From: Azolla caroliniana
Taxonomy: Eukaryota; Plantae; Polypodiophyta
DNA length: 64,000 nucleotides
Direction: 5' to 3'
Assembly: GCA_043228905.1 (NCBI GenBank)
Contig: JBHGNT010000001.1
Location: forward strand, 29,822,001-29,886,000
Positions 1-13,903 of the stretch are shown piece by piece (the first letter of the stretch is position 1; every line of letters begins with the position of its first letter). Both the position numbers and the translations under genes were made by a program. The notes under the pieces were generated by a model that saw only the letters and a program-made list of their open reading frames with translations, did not search any database and had not been told where the DNA came from.

Positions 1-1716
1 TCTGAGAATCTAGACAAAGTTTCTCCAGAAACTTCAAAACCACTGTTTTCTGCTGAACATTAGCCTGAGCAACGTTTTCCAACACTCTGAGAACAATCAT
101 CGGAAAAAATACACCAATCTCAGCTTTTAAACCATGTCTGAACCTTGATACTAGACTCATGAAAATTGAGCACGACAACTGGAAAATGTTCAATGTGGCC
201 GAGGCACTGTTCTTCAACAAGGATAAGCAAAGGTATTGCTTGATTGCCACCAAAAACCTGCATAAAAGAGAATGATTGAATCATAATTTAGCTGATCTTC
301 ACATTCTTTATACTCCTTAGAATAAGTAGCCACGCTCAATCGAAAATTCACTAACTTGTCACTTTTGCGAAAAACCTCGCCAGCATTTTCTAGCAAAATC
401 TTCAGCAATTCTAGAGAGAGAATTTTCCCCCGCATTGATAATGGATCTCCTCCTTCTTGGGATGAAGACTTCATGGAGAGTTTACAAAGTGCCCTGAAGA
501 CCAAAAATGCATCCCTTCGAAGCTTATTACTAATTTGTACCTCACTATCACCATCAACCTTATCGATATCTACTTCCGAAAGTTCTCCTTTTCTTTCTTC
601 CAGAGCGCTCTTGTACATGCTTATCTCCCAATACTTAGCAGATAGCATGTCTTTATCTGAGGATTCCAAGTAGTTCGTTGGATCAACGCCTTCTACTGCT
701 TCAGACTCAAAAGCTCCATCATGTCCCATGGATTTCAAAGCAGGAGATGGATTTAGAACCACTTCGATATCTTGCACTACTTTCGTGATGAAGCTCTGTA
801 CAAACTGAGTGATATTGGTATCCGACACTGTGCCTTTTTCTGATGTCTCCATTAAACCTGTGACTAATATAGGCTGAACAGGAACAGTAGAAGAATCAGC
901 TTCCATTCTTCTGAATACTATCACCAGCATCTGTATGAGAGAAGCTTTTGCAGTCGTCTGATTAACCACAACCTTGCTTCCAAGATAGATGTTATAGCAG
1001 GTTCGCACAGCTTTAAGAAGTGTTTCTCCATGAATTCTCAAGGTGACAGATGTAACAGCAGTAAGAAGTGTTCTAATGACTAGTAATTCAATGGCATCGT
1101 CTGCAAGATCATGGCATTTACATACAGCTTCCATAAGTTTGACCACAATTGCACCATTCTCCACGATGGTAGGTGTGGTTGAATCTACTTCACCTCTCAA
1201 GAATCCATGAGAAATAAGCTTCTGAACAGCGTCAAGTGAAGCTTCACTTACCTTCACGTTTCCACTCTCGCAAGAGGAGATCAAAGGCTGCAGAACGCAG
1301 GCAGCATCGTCTGGAGAGAGGTAGCGAGATCCATCAAAAATGCAGCTTGACTCCGGTGCTTTAAGCGCATTGGATTCCGATCCCGATCCGTTTCCGATCC
1401 CGCTTCCAGCAACTGCCGTCTCTGTGGGGGGGGCTAGCGAGAGCTGCGGGGGTGTGGAGAGGCGTTCGATCACGGATTTGCATTCCTGGACGAGCTTCGA
1501 GTGCTTCCTCCATGTGGCGTTTCTTGTCACTTTCTCGAGTGCTGGATTCAGGACAAGTGCGAGGGGAGAAACGGACGAAACGGGGGCCGACGTGGGAGCG
1601 GGAGGATCCGGTACAGGCGCAGAAAATGAAGAAGGAACGGGGGAAGGGGAAGGGGAAGGAGGAACAGAGGGAGGAGGAGGAGGAGGAGGAGGAGCTTCTT
1701 CTTCTGCTTCTGCCAT
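1..1716 (-). CDS. Brefeldin A-inhibited ARF guanine-nucleotide exchange factor (BIG/Sec7 family, BIG2/3-like), 5' part; gene runs off the left edge
   Basis: ATG at 1716. Exon 1 is 1716-356 (DCB region: ALEKVTRNATWRKHSKL, IHGETLLKAVRTCYNIYLGSK..NQTTAKASLIQML, then LRRDAFLVFRALCKLSMK, KILSLELLKILLENAG). GT-AG intron 355-258. Exon 2 from 257 reads K-FLVAIKQYLCLSLLKNSAS (HUS region) and stays open to base 1. Confidence 0.93.
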
Positions 1717-3359
1717 GGCTGGCTGCGTCGGAGTTCTTCTGTCACATATGAGAAATTGTTGAGAGAGAGAGAGAGAGAGAGAGACTCTGAGAGATTTGGT
1801 TTTAAGATTTTTTAAAAACAAAAATATAAAAAGGGGGAGGGGTATTTTGGGAACATAATGTATGTATGTATGTATGTATGTATGTATGTATCATGTATGT
1901 ACAAAGAGTTTTGTGAGCGCTTTTTATTTTCTGTTTTTTCGGTTCATCGTAGTTTTTCCCTTGCCTTTCAGTTTTTTAAGTGCCCATCCATCCATGGACA
2001 CTCTCGCAACCACCGCACTTATTCTTCGATGATGCTTCGATACCCCACATGTATATAGCTACTCAACGTGTGCATTGCTATTCTCTTACAATGTTTCAAG
2101 TTCACGTGAAGACATGAATAATAAAAAAGCATGGTAATCATAGGCATCATTCACATGCAAGCAACGGATGCTCGTTGATACTCCTCCTCTTACTAGATAT
2201 GTAGCTTTGATTGTTGTTTTCGTCTAAGCGTTATGGTTGTACTATGTGGACTCTTGGTTAGTAGTGAATGGTGTTGAATCTAGAGGAACCCATTAGGATG
2301 CAATATTTTTTTTTTCTATTGTTGTTACTAGCTGAACTCATCTCTTCCTGAAATTTAAGACCACCTCATATATGATTTTCAAAATGAGACATCATTCTAG
2401 CGTCAAACCATCACCATCAAGCTTCTATTGATGTTTGAATTTTATTTGTAAGGATGGACATCTGTCTTACACGCAATAGAATATTAAGAAGGGGTGTTTT
2501 TAAGTGTCAAGGAAATTTTGTATATTCCTTGGTTTAGTACATGGGGATCATGCACCAAAATCTTGTTCATTGGGATGGATACATACATGAGTGGTTGATG
2601 GAGAATTTGTGACATACCTTCCCTTTGAAGGGTATGTATGAGAGGTAAGGTGGAGCTACATGTGGAATAAGGACACTAGGATAAAGGGTTACAGATCATT
2701 GAAACTTGAAACAATAATCCTGCATATGATTAGGGCATGTTTGTTTTAGTTTATGCAAACTTTCAGCATTGTTACTATTTTCTTGAAATATACGAGCATG
2801 TGAAGATGAGACTTCATGATGGCAAACCCATCGAAGATACATTTGTATCGAGATTCAATCAATAGGTGTTTACTCCCATCATGTCCACTCAAGTATTCTT
2901 GTTTTTTCCAACAAACAATCAAGTTGTACTCCAATCCATGGGAGTAGGAGTTGGTGTAACCAATGTCCGATCATCAAAATTTTAATCACCATTACTATGA
3001 TGCGTGCTTTAGAGAAGGACTTGCAAGATTGTCCATATAGGAACTTTTGCAAGGCGGAACCATTATAGTTCACCTACAAATTGTTCTAGTTCACGAGCAT
3101 GTTATCTGACACTTACAGCAATAACTTTTTAACCTACTATGACTAGATTAACATTAGGAGATGAACTACATTATCTATACAGCGTCCATCACTTAATTAT
3201 TGAACGCAATGGTTCTCTTGAGCACTTACATAGTTAACATTAAACATGATAAGTAAATGAGAGATATGTTGTCGACCAAACCACGGTTTGTGATGATCAT
3301 GTCGTGCAAATAACCAATAGAAGGGTAAAGCACTTAATACAATTCCACTATGGACGAGA

Positions 3360-3594
3360 GACTCAAAGAGAAATTGAATATAGAGGATGAGAATCCCTCA
3401 AGAGGAGCCAATTCATTTCCTTACAAGTTGGGTTTCGTAGTCTTTATCCAATTATGGGGACACAATGTATTATTCATAGACTTAAAGAGAGATCGAATAT
3501 AGAGAACCATCCCTCGAGAGGAGCCAATTTATTGCCTTACAAGTTGGGTTTTGTAGTATTTGCCCAATTATGGGGCCACAATATATTATTCATA
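3360..3594. repeat. Tandem duplication, two units of about 118 bp
   Basis: gagaggagccaatt..ccttacaagttgggttt.gtagt..tt..ccaattatgggg.cacaat.tattattcata is present twice in tandem. Confidence 0.8.
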
Positions 3595-3629
3595 AGTTCT
3601 ACCACGTGCAAATGCCAATCTCTATGCCA

Positions 3630-3702
3630 TCGAACCACCAATATCAAGAATCGAACCTATAACCTTCAAACAAAAGTTTTCCACTTTAACCATCACACCA
3701 CC
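3630..3702 (-). mobile_element. Possible degenerate tRNA-derived SINE head
   Basis: Minus strand GGTGGTGTGATGGTTAAAG (A-box-like) ... AGGTTCGATTC (B-box-like) at tRNA-like spacing. No convincing cloverleaf. Confidence 0.35.
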
Positions 3703-5878
3703 GTGCAATATCATGTAATGAAGATTTGCTTTGAATTGAATCATCATGCTTCAATGCCAATCTTCAACACCCTTGTCATCTACTCTCCAAGTAATACAAA
3801 TGCTTGTATTCTTGCTTTTTATTATCTTCTTGTCTTCGATCGTGACACAAAGCATACAACGGATACTTAACAACCATCCTTTGATGTATGACAAGACTCT
3901 TTGAGCACAAATCAAGTATGTCTCATGTAGTATTTTCATGAACTAGACAAGCAATTACCTTATATAGTTAAGGTCACATGTGTTCCAATCAAATACATAA
4001 GGTTGTCAATAAATTGCTTACAATGTGGATAGTGGGTGAAAACTCTATTCACAACTTCATATTTAGATCTAGTGGGATTGAGATAGGTTTGCATATATTC
4101 CCTCTCAAATGCAATGGTATTTGAAAATGGAGGAAATGCCAAAATGGTAAAGCACATGGAGAATGCCAAAACCAATCATGAAGTGTTTCAAAATCCTTAC
4201 TTCCTCAAGCTATTCCAACATTTGAAGAACACCATATGCTCAAAATTGACTTCTCTATGCATAGAAACATACTTGTTTTGAGTAAAAATAGAGAGAAAGC
4301 TTCTAAGATACACATCCCAAGGTTTCATGCATCTTCCCAACTACCCCTAAGTTTTCATTATTTCCCTCATTTGCCATCATTGGACATTCTCAACATTTAT
4401 ATGTGCTACTCAAAGAAGCTCCTTGAAAATAATAAGATCTACTTTGCATAATCTTTTTTTGGTAGAATCTTTCTTGAACCTAAATCTTAGGCTTTGTGAT
4501 GAATACATTTTGGCTCTCAACTCCTTTGGAAATATCACATGAGTGGTATATTTTTCTTGTGTTCCAAATACTCTGAATAAATTATTAGGTGTACTTTTGA
4601 TGGCGGCCATCCTTGTAGTTTCCCTTCGAACCAACAATAGGAAGTACATTAATATTAACCCATTGTCCATCGACTACAATTTCTACTATGATCTTAGAGT
4701 CCTGGACTCACCCTCCGTGGATGAACCTTGCGGAGGAATGATAATATGGACCAACAAGGAAATGACCCCATAGAGAATATCAATACATTTACCGATTGGG
4801 CATTCCATTTGGGTTCCAAATATGGTAAAGAGTTCCATACAAGCTATTGTACTCTAGCAATGCAAAAGAATCCAAAGGTTGAATCAATAAGAGGAAGATC
4901 TATCTCTTCTTTTTACTAATAGAACGTCATTATGATATAAAATGCAATTCTATGTCAATTCGCCCCATTTGGATCTTTTTCAACTGTTGTCCACAAGCAT
5001 TAGGGAACATAACAAAGATGGAAATGCATTCAAGAAGATTGAGAAGAGCTCGGGCATATTTCAGAGTTCTTCACCTAAATGTTATACTTGCAAACAATAT
5101 TACAATTAACAAGAGTAAATGTATTCAGTGTTATGCACTCATGTATATATATGTGGTTACGAGAATACTATATATAATACTTCAGCTGATTGATCATCCT
5201 TTAAGCAAGTCATAAGCATATGGCTGTCGAATGCCCCCAAGCTTGAGCTATCTAGTTTGAGTGAAGAAGACCTCGTGCGTCCATTTTAACATACTCGTGT
5301 CTAGGATTTAGAATGTAGACTTGTACCAATGCTGCAAGAAGAATGCAATACTTGGTAGCTCATATGCACCAGTTAAACTCTAGATCAATGTTCCAACAGG
5401 CCTCAATGTTTCTGGATTGTGGACCAACATTCAAGCATCCAAGAATTGATGGTCATGTAATGAAGCTTTATATTCAATAAAAAATGAACCCATTGCCCCA
5501 ATCAACATTATGAAAAATGAAGATTAGCTCTGATACTTTTCATGAATGCTTGTTTATTGATGATCATTACACTTCGTACCTTCCTCATCATATGCTACGA
5601 TAAAACAATTGCCATGCTGATGTGATTTGGACTTTACATATAGTGGGATTAAGCTGACAGCAATCATTTTTAAACATACATGGCCCATCATTATAGAGAT
5701 AAAAAACAAAACAAAACAAGAGCAATGTTGAGGATGGGGATGATGGTACATCCCTCTTTCATGATCAAGAATATGATATACATTTAGAAGACAAGAGTCG
5801 AGCAACATCACGACAGAGTCAGCAACGAATGGTCTAATAATTTGCCGAGCTCAATGATGGGATGGGATCCATCCCCAT

Positions 5879-6684
5879 CTACCACTTCCAGAAGACATTA
5901 GAACCACACTTGAACTTCTCCTTACCCTCACATTCCAGCTTCAAGTCGTCAGAAAGGAAGGGCACATCCTGCAAGATCAGAAATATAAAAACCAAATTGC
6001 ATAGCAATAATGATGGGTTTTGGTCGCAACCCAACATCATTTTCCTGGTATTATACACAAACAAACATACATAAATACATACATACATACATACATATAT
6101 ACCTGCATGCATGCATACATACATACATAGGAGAAGGTAGAAATTATAATGAAGTTCATTTAACTGTAAAAGACTCTGATACCTTCTTCTTGGCCAAGTC
6201 TTGGCAACCGGTGAAGTTCTCAGGGAATTTGCAAGTGCCGTTGGCAACGGTGTAGGCACGGGCAATGTTGGCGTAGCTTGTGGCAAGTCTCTTCTTGTCA
6301 TTAAGCTCCTAGGTATAATAATAAAAAGACATAATTTGAGACAACCTTAAAATATAAGATCTGCCATTAAGGAATGTATTAGTTAAGATGGTGACAACAA
6401 TGGGGGTGCATCATGTACAAAATTGATACCTTGTTTGCAGCCGACTTTGCGAGGAGGTCTTCGACAAGGGTAGCCTTGGCGCTATCGGAGCCTAGCACGA
6501 GTCCGGCTGCCAACAGTGTGGACGCGAGCCTCGTGATCGCCTCTCGCCGTTTCACACCAGCCCCAGCGGAAGGCAAACTGCACATCACCGCGGGCCTGGC
6601 AGGGGTGCTGGGGCCGGCGGAGCATGAATTCCCGGCCGGAGAAACGCTCGCACCGAAGAAGAGGCTGGAGGATGCAGCTGCCAT
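5879..6684 (-). CDS. psaN: Photosystem I reaction centre subunit N (PSI-N), about 156 aa precursor
   Basis: Exons 6684-6430, 6308-6183, 5968-5879 (all GT-AG, total 471 nt). Transit peptide and twin-Arg Tat signal (KRREA..SAKA), then LLAKSAANKELNDKKRLATSYANIARAYTV..CKFPENFTGCQDLAK..VPFLSDDLKLECEGKEKFKCGSNVFWKW. Confidence 0.97.
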
Positions 6685-6873
6685 GGCTAGTACTTACTCT
6701 GTCTTCTTGGTTAACTCAACACAACTAAGGCTCTGTGCTTTCTGGGTTTTTTGTGGAGATGGCTTAGCTTCTAGATTTGGTGTGAGCTTTAATTTACTGT
6801 GTGTGCTGCATATTGCAATTGCCCAGGTGAGCAGGGAAGGATGACTCCTATTGGAGGATTGTTAACCTTACAG

Positions 6874-6896
6874 GATAAGGATATAGTGCTGATAAG
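6874..6896. promoter_or_regulatory. Paired GATAAG (I-box/GATA) light-response motifs upstream of psaN
   Basis: GATAAG at 6874-6879 and 6891-6896, about 200 bp upstream of the psaN ATG. These motifs are typical of photosynthesis gene promoters. Confidence 0.4.
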
Positions 6897-7872
6897 ATCC
6901 ACATCCATCATCCATCCACAAAAGTGTTCCTTCCTTACACAATCTCCACAAAATGGTCAAAAAAGAGAAGCTACACACACACACACACACACACATGTTC
7001 CTAGGACAAACTCTACCCTTTCAGACGTGAAACTTCGGCTTACCACGCATTACCGGTTGATGCCCACACCGTCGTGGCTCTCATTATCGAGAGTAGAAAG
7101 GGTGGGTCATCGTGCTTTTCTCTATTGGCAGGATTTGTGAGGGGGCTTGGCAGCTCTGAAGATAATTGGCCAAGCAAGGACTGACCTTGGGCATGCTTGG
7201 AGATAAAGAGAACTTTGAGTGTCTTTTGAGAAATAAAGAAGACGTGTCTAGGTATATTGGAAAGCCGATGAGTTTTGTGTCACTCAAACATGGAATTCTC
7301 TTCGTGACCTCAAACTTGACTCATACATTGTAGCCACCCTACATTTTTGGCACAAAACCCAAATTTATTGTTTTTTGTCAATGATAATAACTGGTTGGAC
7401 AGTTTGTTAGAAAAGAAGACACTCGAACCTCATAAAAAGTTGTGGTTATTAAGAATTGCACCATATAATGGAACTTAGCCAAAAACAACAAAATTGACTG
7501 CGATTGGAAAATATAACTATGTATATGGATAGGCCCTAATGTTGGGTAAGTACTGACTATTACAAATTAGAACTTAATACGAGACGAAGTTAATGTTATG
7601 GCTTATAAAATATAAAGTTGCATGTATACTACAATTCATATTATGGTACATGGTCTTATAATTCATGCCACACATTGTACTCATATTTATTACATCATTT
7701 TCTGAGCTTCCCCTACATTTGTTATTGTTTTGTTGACAACAACATTGATGCGTGAGGGCAAAGTTCTTATCTTGGTAGAACTTGCACTCTTCTAATGTAG
7801 CTTCATTTGTTGTTGCTTAACAATTATGGAGTAGCTTATTCTATCACGTGAAAGACATAAAAGTACGAGGGG

Positions 7873-7968
7873 TTTATTTACTTGATTGAAATGCAACCTT
7901 GAAGTAGTTCCATCTAACTATTTATTTACTTGATTGAAATGCAACCTTGAAGTAGTTCCATCTTACTA
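7873..7968. repeat. Near-perfect 48-bp tandem duplication
   Basis: tttatttacttgattgaaatgcaaccttgaagtagttccatct(a/t)acta occurs twice. Confidence 0.85.
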
Positions 7969-9260
7969 TTCTTAAAAGAATTGCTCTTACTTCATTTACT
8001 TTATCTTTTTGGAGGCGGATTTTTTTGTTTATTTTAGTTTTTATACAAAAAATAAATCTAACATTGCAAATGCCACATTATCTCCACAAATGCCTTCAAG
8101 TTAATCAACTCACAAAATTTAACATGTACTATTTGAGCATTTATGTGGTTAATTGGTCCACTTCCCTCTCGAGGGATTTATTAGAGCCATTTGAGGAATC
8201 AATGAAAATTGAAGATGAATTGGGGTGTTATGTAATTTTCCTGACATATCAAGTCATCCAGCATATTTAATCATTTGCAGAATATAGGTAATACAAAATC
8301 AATTAAGTGTTAGTGAATAAGCAATCATGGAACACACTCATTTAACCGTGGGCTACATTAAACTTCAAATTTATTTAATGAACCAATTATGCTACGATAG
8401 AACTTGTTATTATATAACCATATTACACAAGAGAGCATGTATAGGTAGGTAGTTTCCTCAACCGTTGTCTACACAAGACGGGCTTGGGAAAAAAATACTT
8501 TCTATGATGTAACCGTTATGACCTTCCTCTTATAACTAAGGAATGATAATTTGTTTTGAAAAAAAAAAAAAAACATGCATAGGTCACAATAAGGGTTGTA
8601 CTCTATAACTTGATTAACTCTAACAACGACTTTAATTTTGAGGAAGCTCGTCGACAAGAAGATCAATCCATGTTATGCTAATGAGTTTGCTATTGCATTT
8701 CAAATGTTAATTTGGAAACTTATCACATTAGGAAAATAAACTTCAAGTGTTTGGATGGGTCATCCATAGTTCTAGATGTATCATGTAGAAGTCATGAAGG
8801 GAAAAGGCAAAAACCTAGAAGTTCACTAATAACAATCACCAACATTACCTCCATGTAAAGAAAAACCCCAATTCTCATATTAAGAACCTCACCAACTACG
8901 TGCTCGCCAATAGTAATTCCCCAAGCATATGAATCCAAAAATATAAAAGATGGGATCACCAACTCATAGCTTCCATGTCAATTGGAGCAATTGCACATTG
9001 ACCTTGTTATGATATGTTAATAATATTTGCAAATACAATATTCTCTCTGCCTCCCCCCTAAAGTGTCGTAAGATAAAGATAGTTCATCCTAGGGCTCGGT
9101 GCATGTAGAGCTAAGTTGCAAGATATGCCAATATAATGTTTCCTTCGACCTAATTACTTGTTGCGATACTCCATGGGGATCATCAAACAATAACACAGAT
9201 ACACATGCTCTCTCTCTCTCTCTCTCTCTCTCTCTATTTCACTATATATATATGTGTATA

Positions 9261-9494
9261 TGAAAACACCCAATTATATTAATAAATGTGTGTGAAAAAC
9301 TCTACTTACAAATGGGTGTCAGAATGGAGTATGATCGCCCAATAACAATACTGGAAAATGCTGAATTTCCAATAAGCAAGATGAACACTCCAATGAGGAA
9401 AGAACTTCCATTTGCTCGAATAAAGAAATTTGTCACATTAGTACTCCCTTCAACTTTCGTAGACATGCTTTGACTCCATGCATCGAACACAAAA

Positions 9495-9496
<2 letters not shown>
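9261..9496 (-). mobile_element. 5'-truncated L1-type LINE 3' fragment (family also at 30322, 30499, 39461), between two (CT)n tracts
   Basis: Shares cacattagtactcccttcaactttcgtaga and caattatattaataaatg with the 39461-39820 copy, which is in the opposite orientation. Confidence 0.75.
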
Positions 9497-9542
<46 letters not shown>

Positions 9543-10214
9543 TTTTCATTTTAATGTACCTTTCTATATTCTATTCTAAATTATACACGTGTCTAATTTT
9601 TCAAATCTCAAAGTTTTTAAAGGTTACAAACACTTCCATTTTTAGTTTTGCAACACTATAGTGTTGGTATTAACATAAAAAACATGCTTATATTCAAGCA
9701 AGTTCATCCACACACACACTCTCTCTCTCCCTCCCAATACACTAGGTTCATCTAGTCTCATGATCTCTCTTGATATAATTGGTTCAAAGCACATTATGAC
9801 AATATTGGTATAGGGAATATCATGCCTATTTTGGCTATTGAAAATGAACCCTTAAATTTGTAGACTTTAGTGAGAACAAAGTCAACTAACAACCACAAAT
9901 AAACTATCCTACATACATGCTTTGCCCATTAGTTGAGACAAAACTCAAACCCTTTTGGAGGTTCTCATCTTTGAGGAGATGGAGACTTTTTGGAAGGACA
10001 AAAACAATGTTCAAGAGCAACTAATTGAACTTCGAAGTGCATTGTCTGCTAAGAGATCATATACTCGAATTGGTACAACAATACCTATCAGCCATTGTAA
10101 AACAAAGAAAAAAAAGCTTAAAGCACTTCAATTGGTGAACTTGGTAAATGGCACTCCAATGAGGCAACAACATGTCATGTTGAGAAAGGTTATGGTTCAC
10201 ACCATAGTAGAAGG

Positions 10215-10394
10215 TTGGAATTAGCAACAAATTTGGTTTCAACAATAATTCATAAACCGGTTTGGCTCGAGCCATCCCAAACCGAGCTAAATTTGGTTAA
10301 GGAAGCTCAAGCCTAAACCGAACCAACCGCCAAACTAATTTAAAACGGTTTAAGGGTTCGGTTAAGGCTTGAGCCGAGCTATTGCCGATTTCTA
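10215..10394. mobile_element. hAT-type MITE (aaaccg/ggttt-rich) with 8-bp TSD
   Basis: Ends TTGGAATTAGCAAC ... ATTGCCGATTTCTA form imperfect TIRs. Flanks are gtagaagg (10207-10214) and gtggaagg (10395-10402). Same TIR family as 39221-40027. Confidence 0.7.
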
Positions 10395-10851
10395 GTGGAA
10401 GGTTTTGTAAGCCTAAGCCTAGTGGAATACTAGACATATGTATAATGAGCTCGAGGTTTATACGACCGACATGGAATTATTGACTAACATATGCATTAGG
10501 CCTATGCTTTTTAGCATGTATGACGCAAAGTAATATTGCACGTGCTATAATGCACATGTCCATTTGCATTAGGAGTTGGTTGAATGTATATATATACATA
10601 TGTGTGTGTGTGTAGAGTGTGGTATGTATGTAGAGATAGATGTGGGGTCTCTCTCCGACGCCGATCGTCCGAGTGATGCCTCTTCTTCTCATGACGGTCT
10701 TTATGCTATTCGGATGCCCTTGTTTTGTTTGTTTGTTTGTGTGTGTGTGTTTGTTGATGATACTCTTGATTTACCAAGTTTTGAAGTTAAACAGGAATAA
10801 GAAAGATACAAAAGGACTTTTGGAAAATCAACCAGCCCACCTCCCCACTTG

Positions 10852-10884
<33 letters not shown>

Positions 10885-10989
10885 TGTCTGTGTCTGTCTC
10901 AGACCAGAAGAATGAGTGGCAGGCGGTAGGATGTATGTAAATGTCTCCTTTCCAAGCAGTACCTCAAAAATCTCAGGACCTACAATAAC

Positions 10990-11200
10990 TACCACCACCA
11001 CCACCACCACCATTACCATTACCATTACCATTACCACATACCACACACAGACATACATAATACATACATAATACATACATACATACATAACATACATACA
11101 TAACATACATACATAACATACATACATACATACATACATACATACATACATAACATACATACATAACATACATACATACATACATACATACATACATACA
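10990..11200. repeat. Compound microsatellite (ACC)n/(ATTACC)n/(ACAT)n
   Basis: Directly visible. It explains the spurious MYVC ORFs. Confidence 0.95.
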
Positions 11201-12499
11201 TCTCATCTCAAATTACATCTAGTTCTGCAAAACATCCTACACCAGACATCAGACAGACAATGCACAATCTATGCATGTAGGGTTGTATGTATAGACATAT
11301 CTAGTACTCAAGACTATTATTATGTATGTGTATTATGTATTACTATACAACATTTACAATTTCTAGCTAGACCTGGCTAAGCGGTACGCCACCTCCTCTC
11401 CCTCTCACCTCCTCTATAATGAATGATTAGAGTAATCATAGATAGATATATGATTCATGACTATTCTCTGTGCTGGTAGTACAGCACAGTAACTAGAAAG
11501 TGACCTCTACCCAACACCTAGTTTTTATGGCACAGCCTGAAGCCATAGCCATAGGCTATATAGCTATTAGCCACATACATAATAGCCATAGTCAGCTAGA
11601 GTACTATCCCCAGTGCATGTCAGACACGGAGTCAGAGTAGTCACAATATCATAAGACTAGAAAGACACCAGTCACCTGCATGATTATTTGTACAAATTTA
11701 TATATATGTATATAACAATAAACTGCCATGTTTTAAATACATATAGCCTAGATGTAGTAGTAGTAGACAGTAGCAGTAGTGAAGGAACTGTTCACCTGTT
11801 CCCTGCACCTAATTTGTATTATACATACATATATGATATATGCAAGAAGAGAGAGATCTCTACATAGAAAGAGCAAAAAGGCCTGGCCTTATGGCTAAGA
11901 GAAACCTAAAGGATGTATGATAGATGTAGAGAACAGAGAAAGATCTGCATAAACGAGTTAATAACTAACAGATGTATGTATCTCTGTCTTTTTGTATGTA
12001 GGTAGATAGATGGAAAGAGAAGAAGACGGTCTCAAAGCTAACTGCCATAGCCAGCCCTAGATAGGGAGACCAGTCAGTCAGTCAGTCAGTCAGTCAGGAA
12101 GGCCTGGTTTTTGAAGCCATTCAATTTAGGCATTGAAGAGGATGGAAAAGATAGTCTAAGTGAGATTATGTGAAATACAAATAACACTCAATTATTCTAA
12201 ACCTAGCCATAGATAGCTAGGCCTGGGCCCACCTCTGTTGATAAAAGAGCTGACTGAATAATATATAGGCAGTGTCCAAATAGAATGGAAGATATAGGCC
12301 AAGGCTAAACTCTCTTGCATTTATCTATCATATACCCTATTTAGATAGACTGGCTAACATAACAGGTGTAATAGGTGTCTCTGTCTCTATCTTTCTCTCT
12401 GGCTCTGTTGTAGGTACAGTTCAGAGTATCAGAGCCCACTACCCCACTTCTCTCTTATTCTGGTGATAGTTATATGACACAGCAGAGACACAGTGAGAA

Positions 12500-12530
<31 letters not shown>

Positions 12531-13903
12531 CCATCTCTTTCCTCTGCTTCGTCGTCTTCTTCATTCCTGACCTTACTGTGTCTAAATATAGCATATATAG
12601 ATTAGGCCTACCACAAACAGAAAACCAAAACAAGAGTAGCTCTTTAGCTTGACCTTATGGAAGCTTTGGTTCCATCTGTCTCTTGTGGTCTTTGGGTTGC
12701 CGGAAATGGATATAGGATTACGGTAGCTCTAATTTCCAAATCAGGTGCCTATTTGGTGGCGCTAAACATAGGCAGGTAGCTAGCTAGCTAGCAAGGTCTC
12801 GTAGACCCACATCATTCAACAGAATTCAGGGTTTTGGTCTATATTACATCAATAGGTTCATCTAGGGTAGCTATGGCTATTAGGGTTAAAATCTATAATG
12901 GGTAAACTAGGTATGTGGGGTTTCAACACTAGGTTTTCAACAAATCAGTAGCAAGTGCTTAGAGATTAACCCGAAACCCTAGAGTTAGCAGTCTCCTGCT
13001 GCTCTCTTTCTCTCCCAGTGAGTCGTGACTGATTGACTAGTGATTTCAATCTAGCTCCCTCTCGTACACACAGACTGAAATTCTCTTTTAAACTGTTAAT
13101 TTTCTTCTTCTTCCTCTTCTTCTTCTTCTTCTTCTCTATTTCGCCATTGACGATGATGACTAGTCAGTACAAGCTAGGGTAGTCTTTCCTGCTTAGAAAC
13201 TTGAGGCTATAATGCGTATTAACTCTTCCTAAACTCTCCCTCCTCTCTCTCTCTCTCTCTCTCTACTGCAGTTCAATCATCATCAATCACCATCGCCATC
13301 GCCATCGCTACAGACAAACATACATACATAGGCAGTACATGCAGTCTAAGAGGAAGAAGAAACAGCAGGAAGAAGGAAAAAAAAACCAGAACAAGGAAGG
13401 ATATTTGCTATAGGTATATCGAAATCGGTAGTACTATCTGCTATTACGTCTAGGAGCACAGACAGAGCAGGCAGGAAAAGTTATCGTCCTTTGCTGGTAG
13501 CTTTGCACTGCAGCTTCCATGGCGTCCTTCCTCATGCACGTAGTAACTGTCCAGATTTGCTGTCCGTCCTGTGAAAGTCAGACAAAAGTTTGATCTGCAA
13601 GCTGGAAACGAAAAGAGGAGCATTGCGTATAGCTGAGCTGGTATTCTCTTCTTCGTTCCTATCTGAGCCCCGTAAAACCCTAACTCGATCAAGGCAGATG
13701 CAGAATAATCACGAGGATATCAGCCATCAGTGGTTTAAGCCATGCGAGCTTGAATTCCACATTGTCTGGGTATCGATTGCCTCTGTCGAAACGGGTAGCT
13801 TATCTTGCCAATCCGTTGCTGGAATCAGATATGGTAATTGCTGCTGCCTTTGTCAGTGATCCTCCTCCTCCTCCTCCTCGTACATCTCTCCATATCCATT
13901 TAT

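Noticed and set aside
1717-1821. ORF-track N-terminal extension of the BIG GEF (TTG start)
   Set aside because: It runs through a (CT)n 5' UTR tract. The first ATG in good context is at 1716.
2100-5200. Short ORFs and coding-looking AT-rich sequence between BIG and psaN
   Set aside because: No recognisable protein motif. It is probably very old TE debris that I cannot classify.
5225-5700. PBS-like AAGTATCAGAGC (about 5526-5537, minus) and PPT-like AGCTTGGGGGC (about 5233-5243) suggesting a TRIM
   Set aside because: The putative LTRs share only weak similarity, the PBS is imperfect, and no TSD was found.
10828-11206. ORFs of MYVC repeats (also near 1858, 35140, 49100 and 55679)
   Set aside because: These are translations of (TATG)n/(TATACA)n microsatellites.
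11200-13300. Possible conserved miRNA precursor upstream of BZR
   Set aside because: By eye I found no match to conserved land-plant miRNAs and no clear long hairpin.
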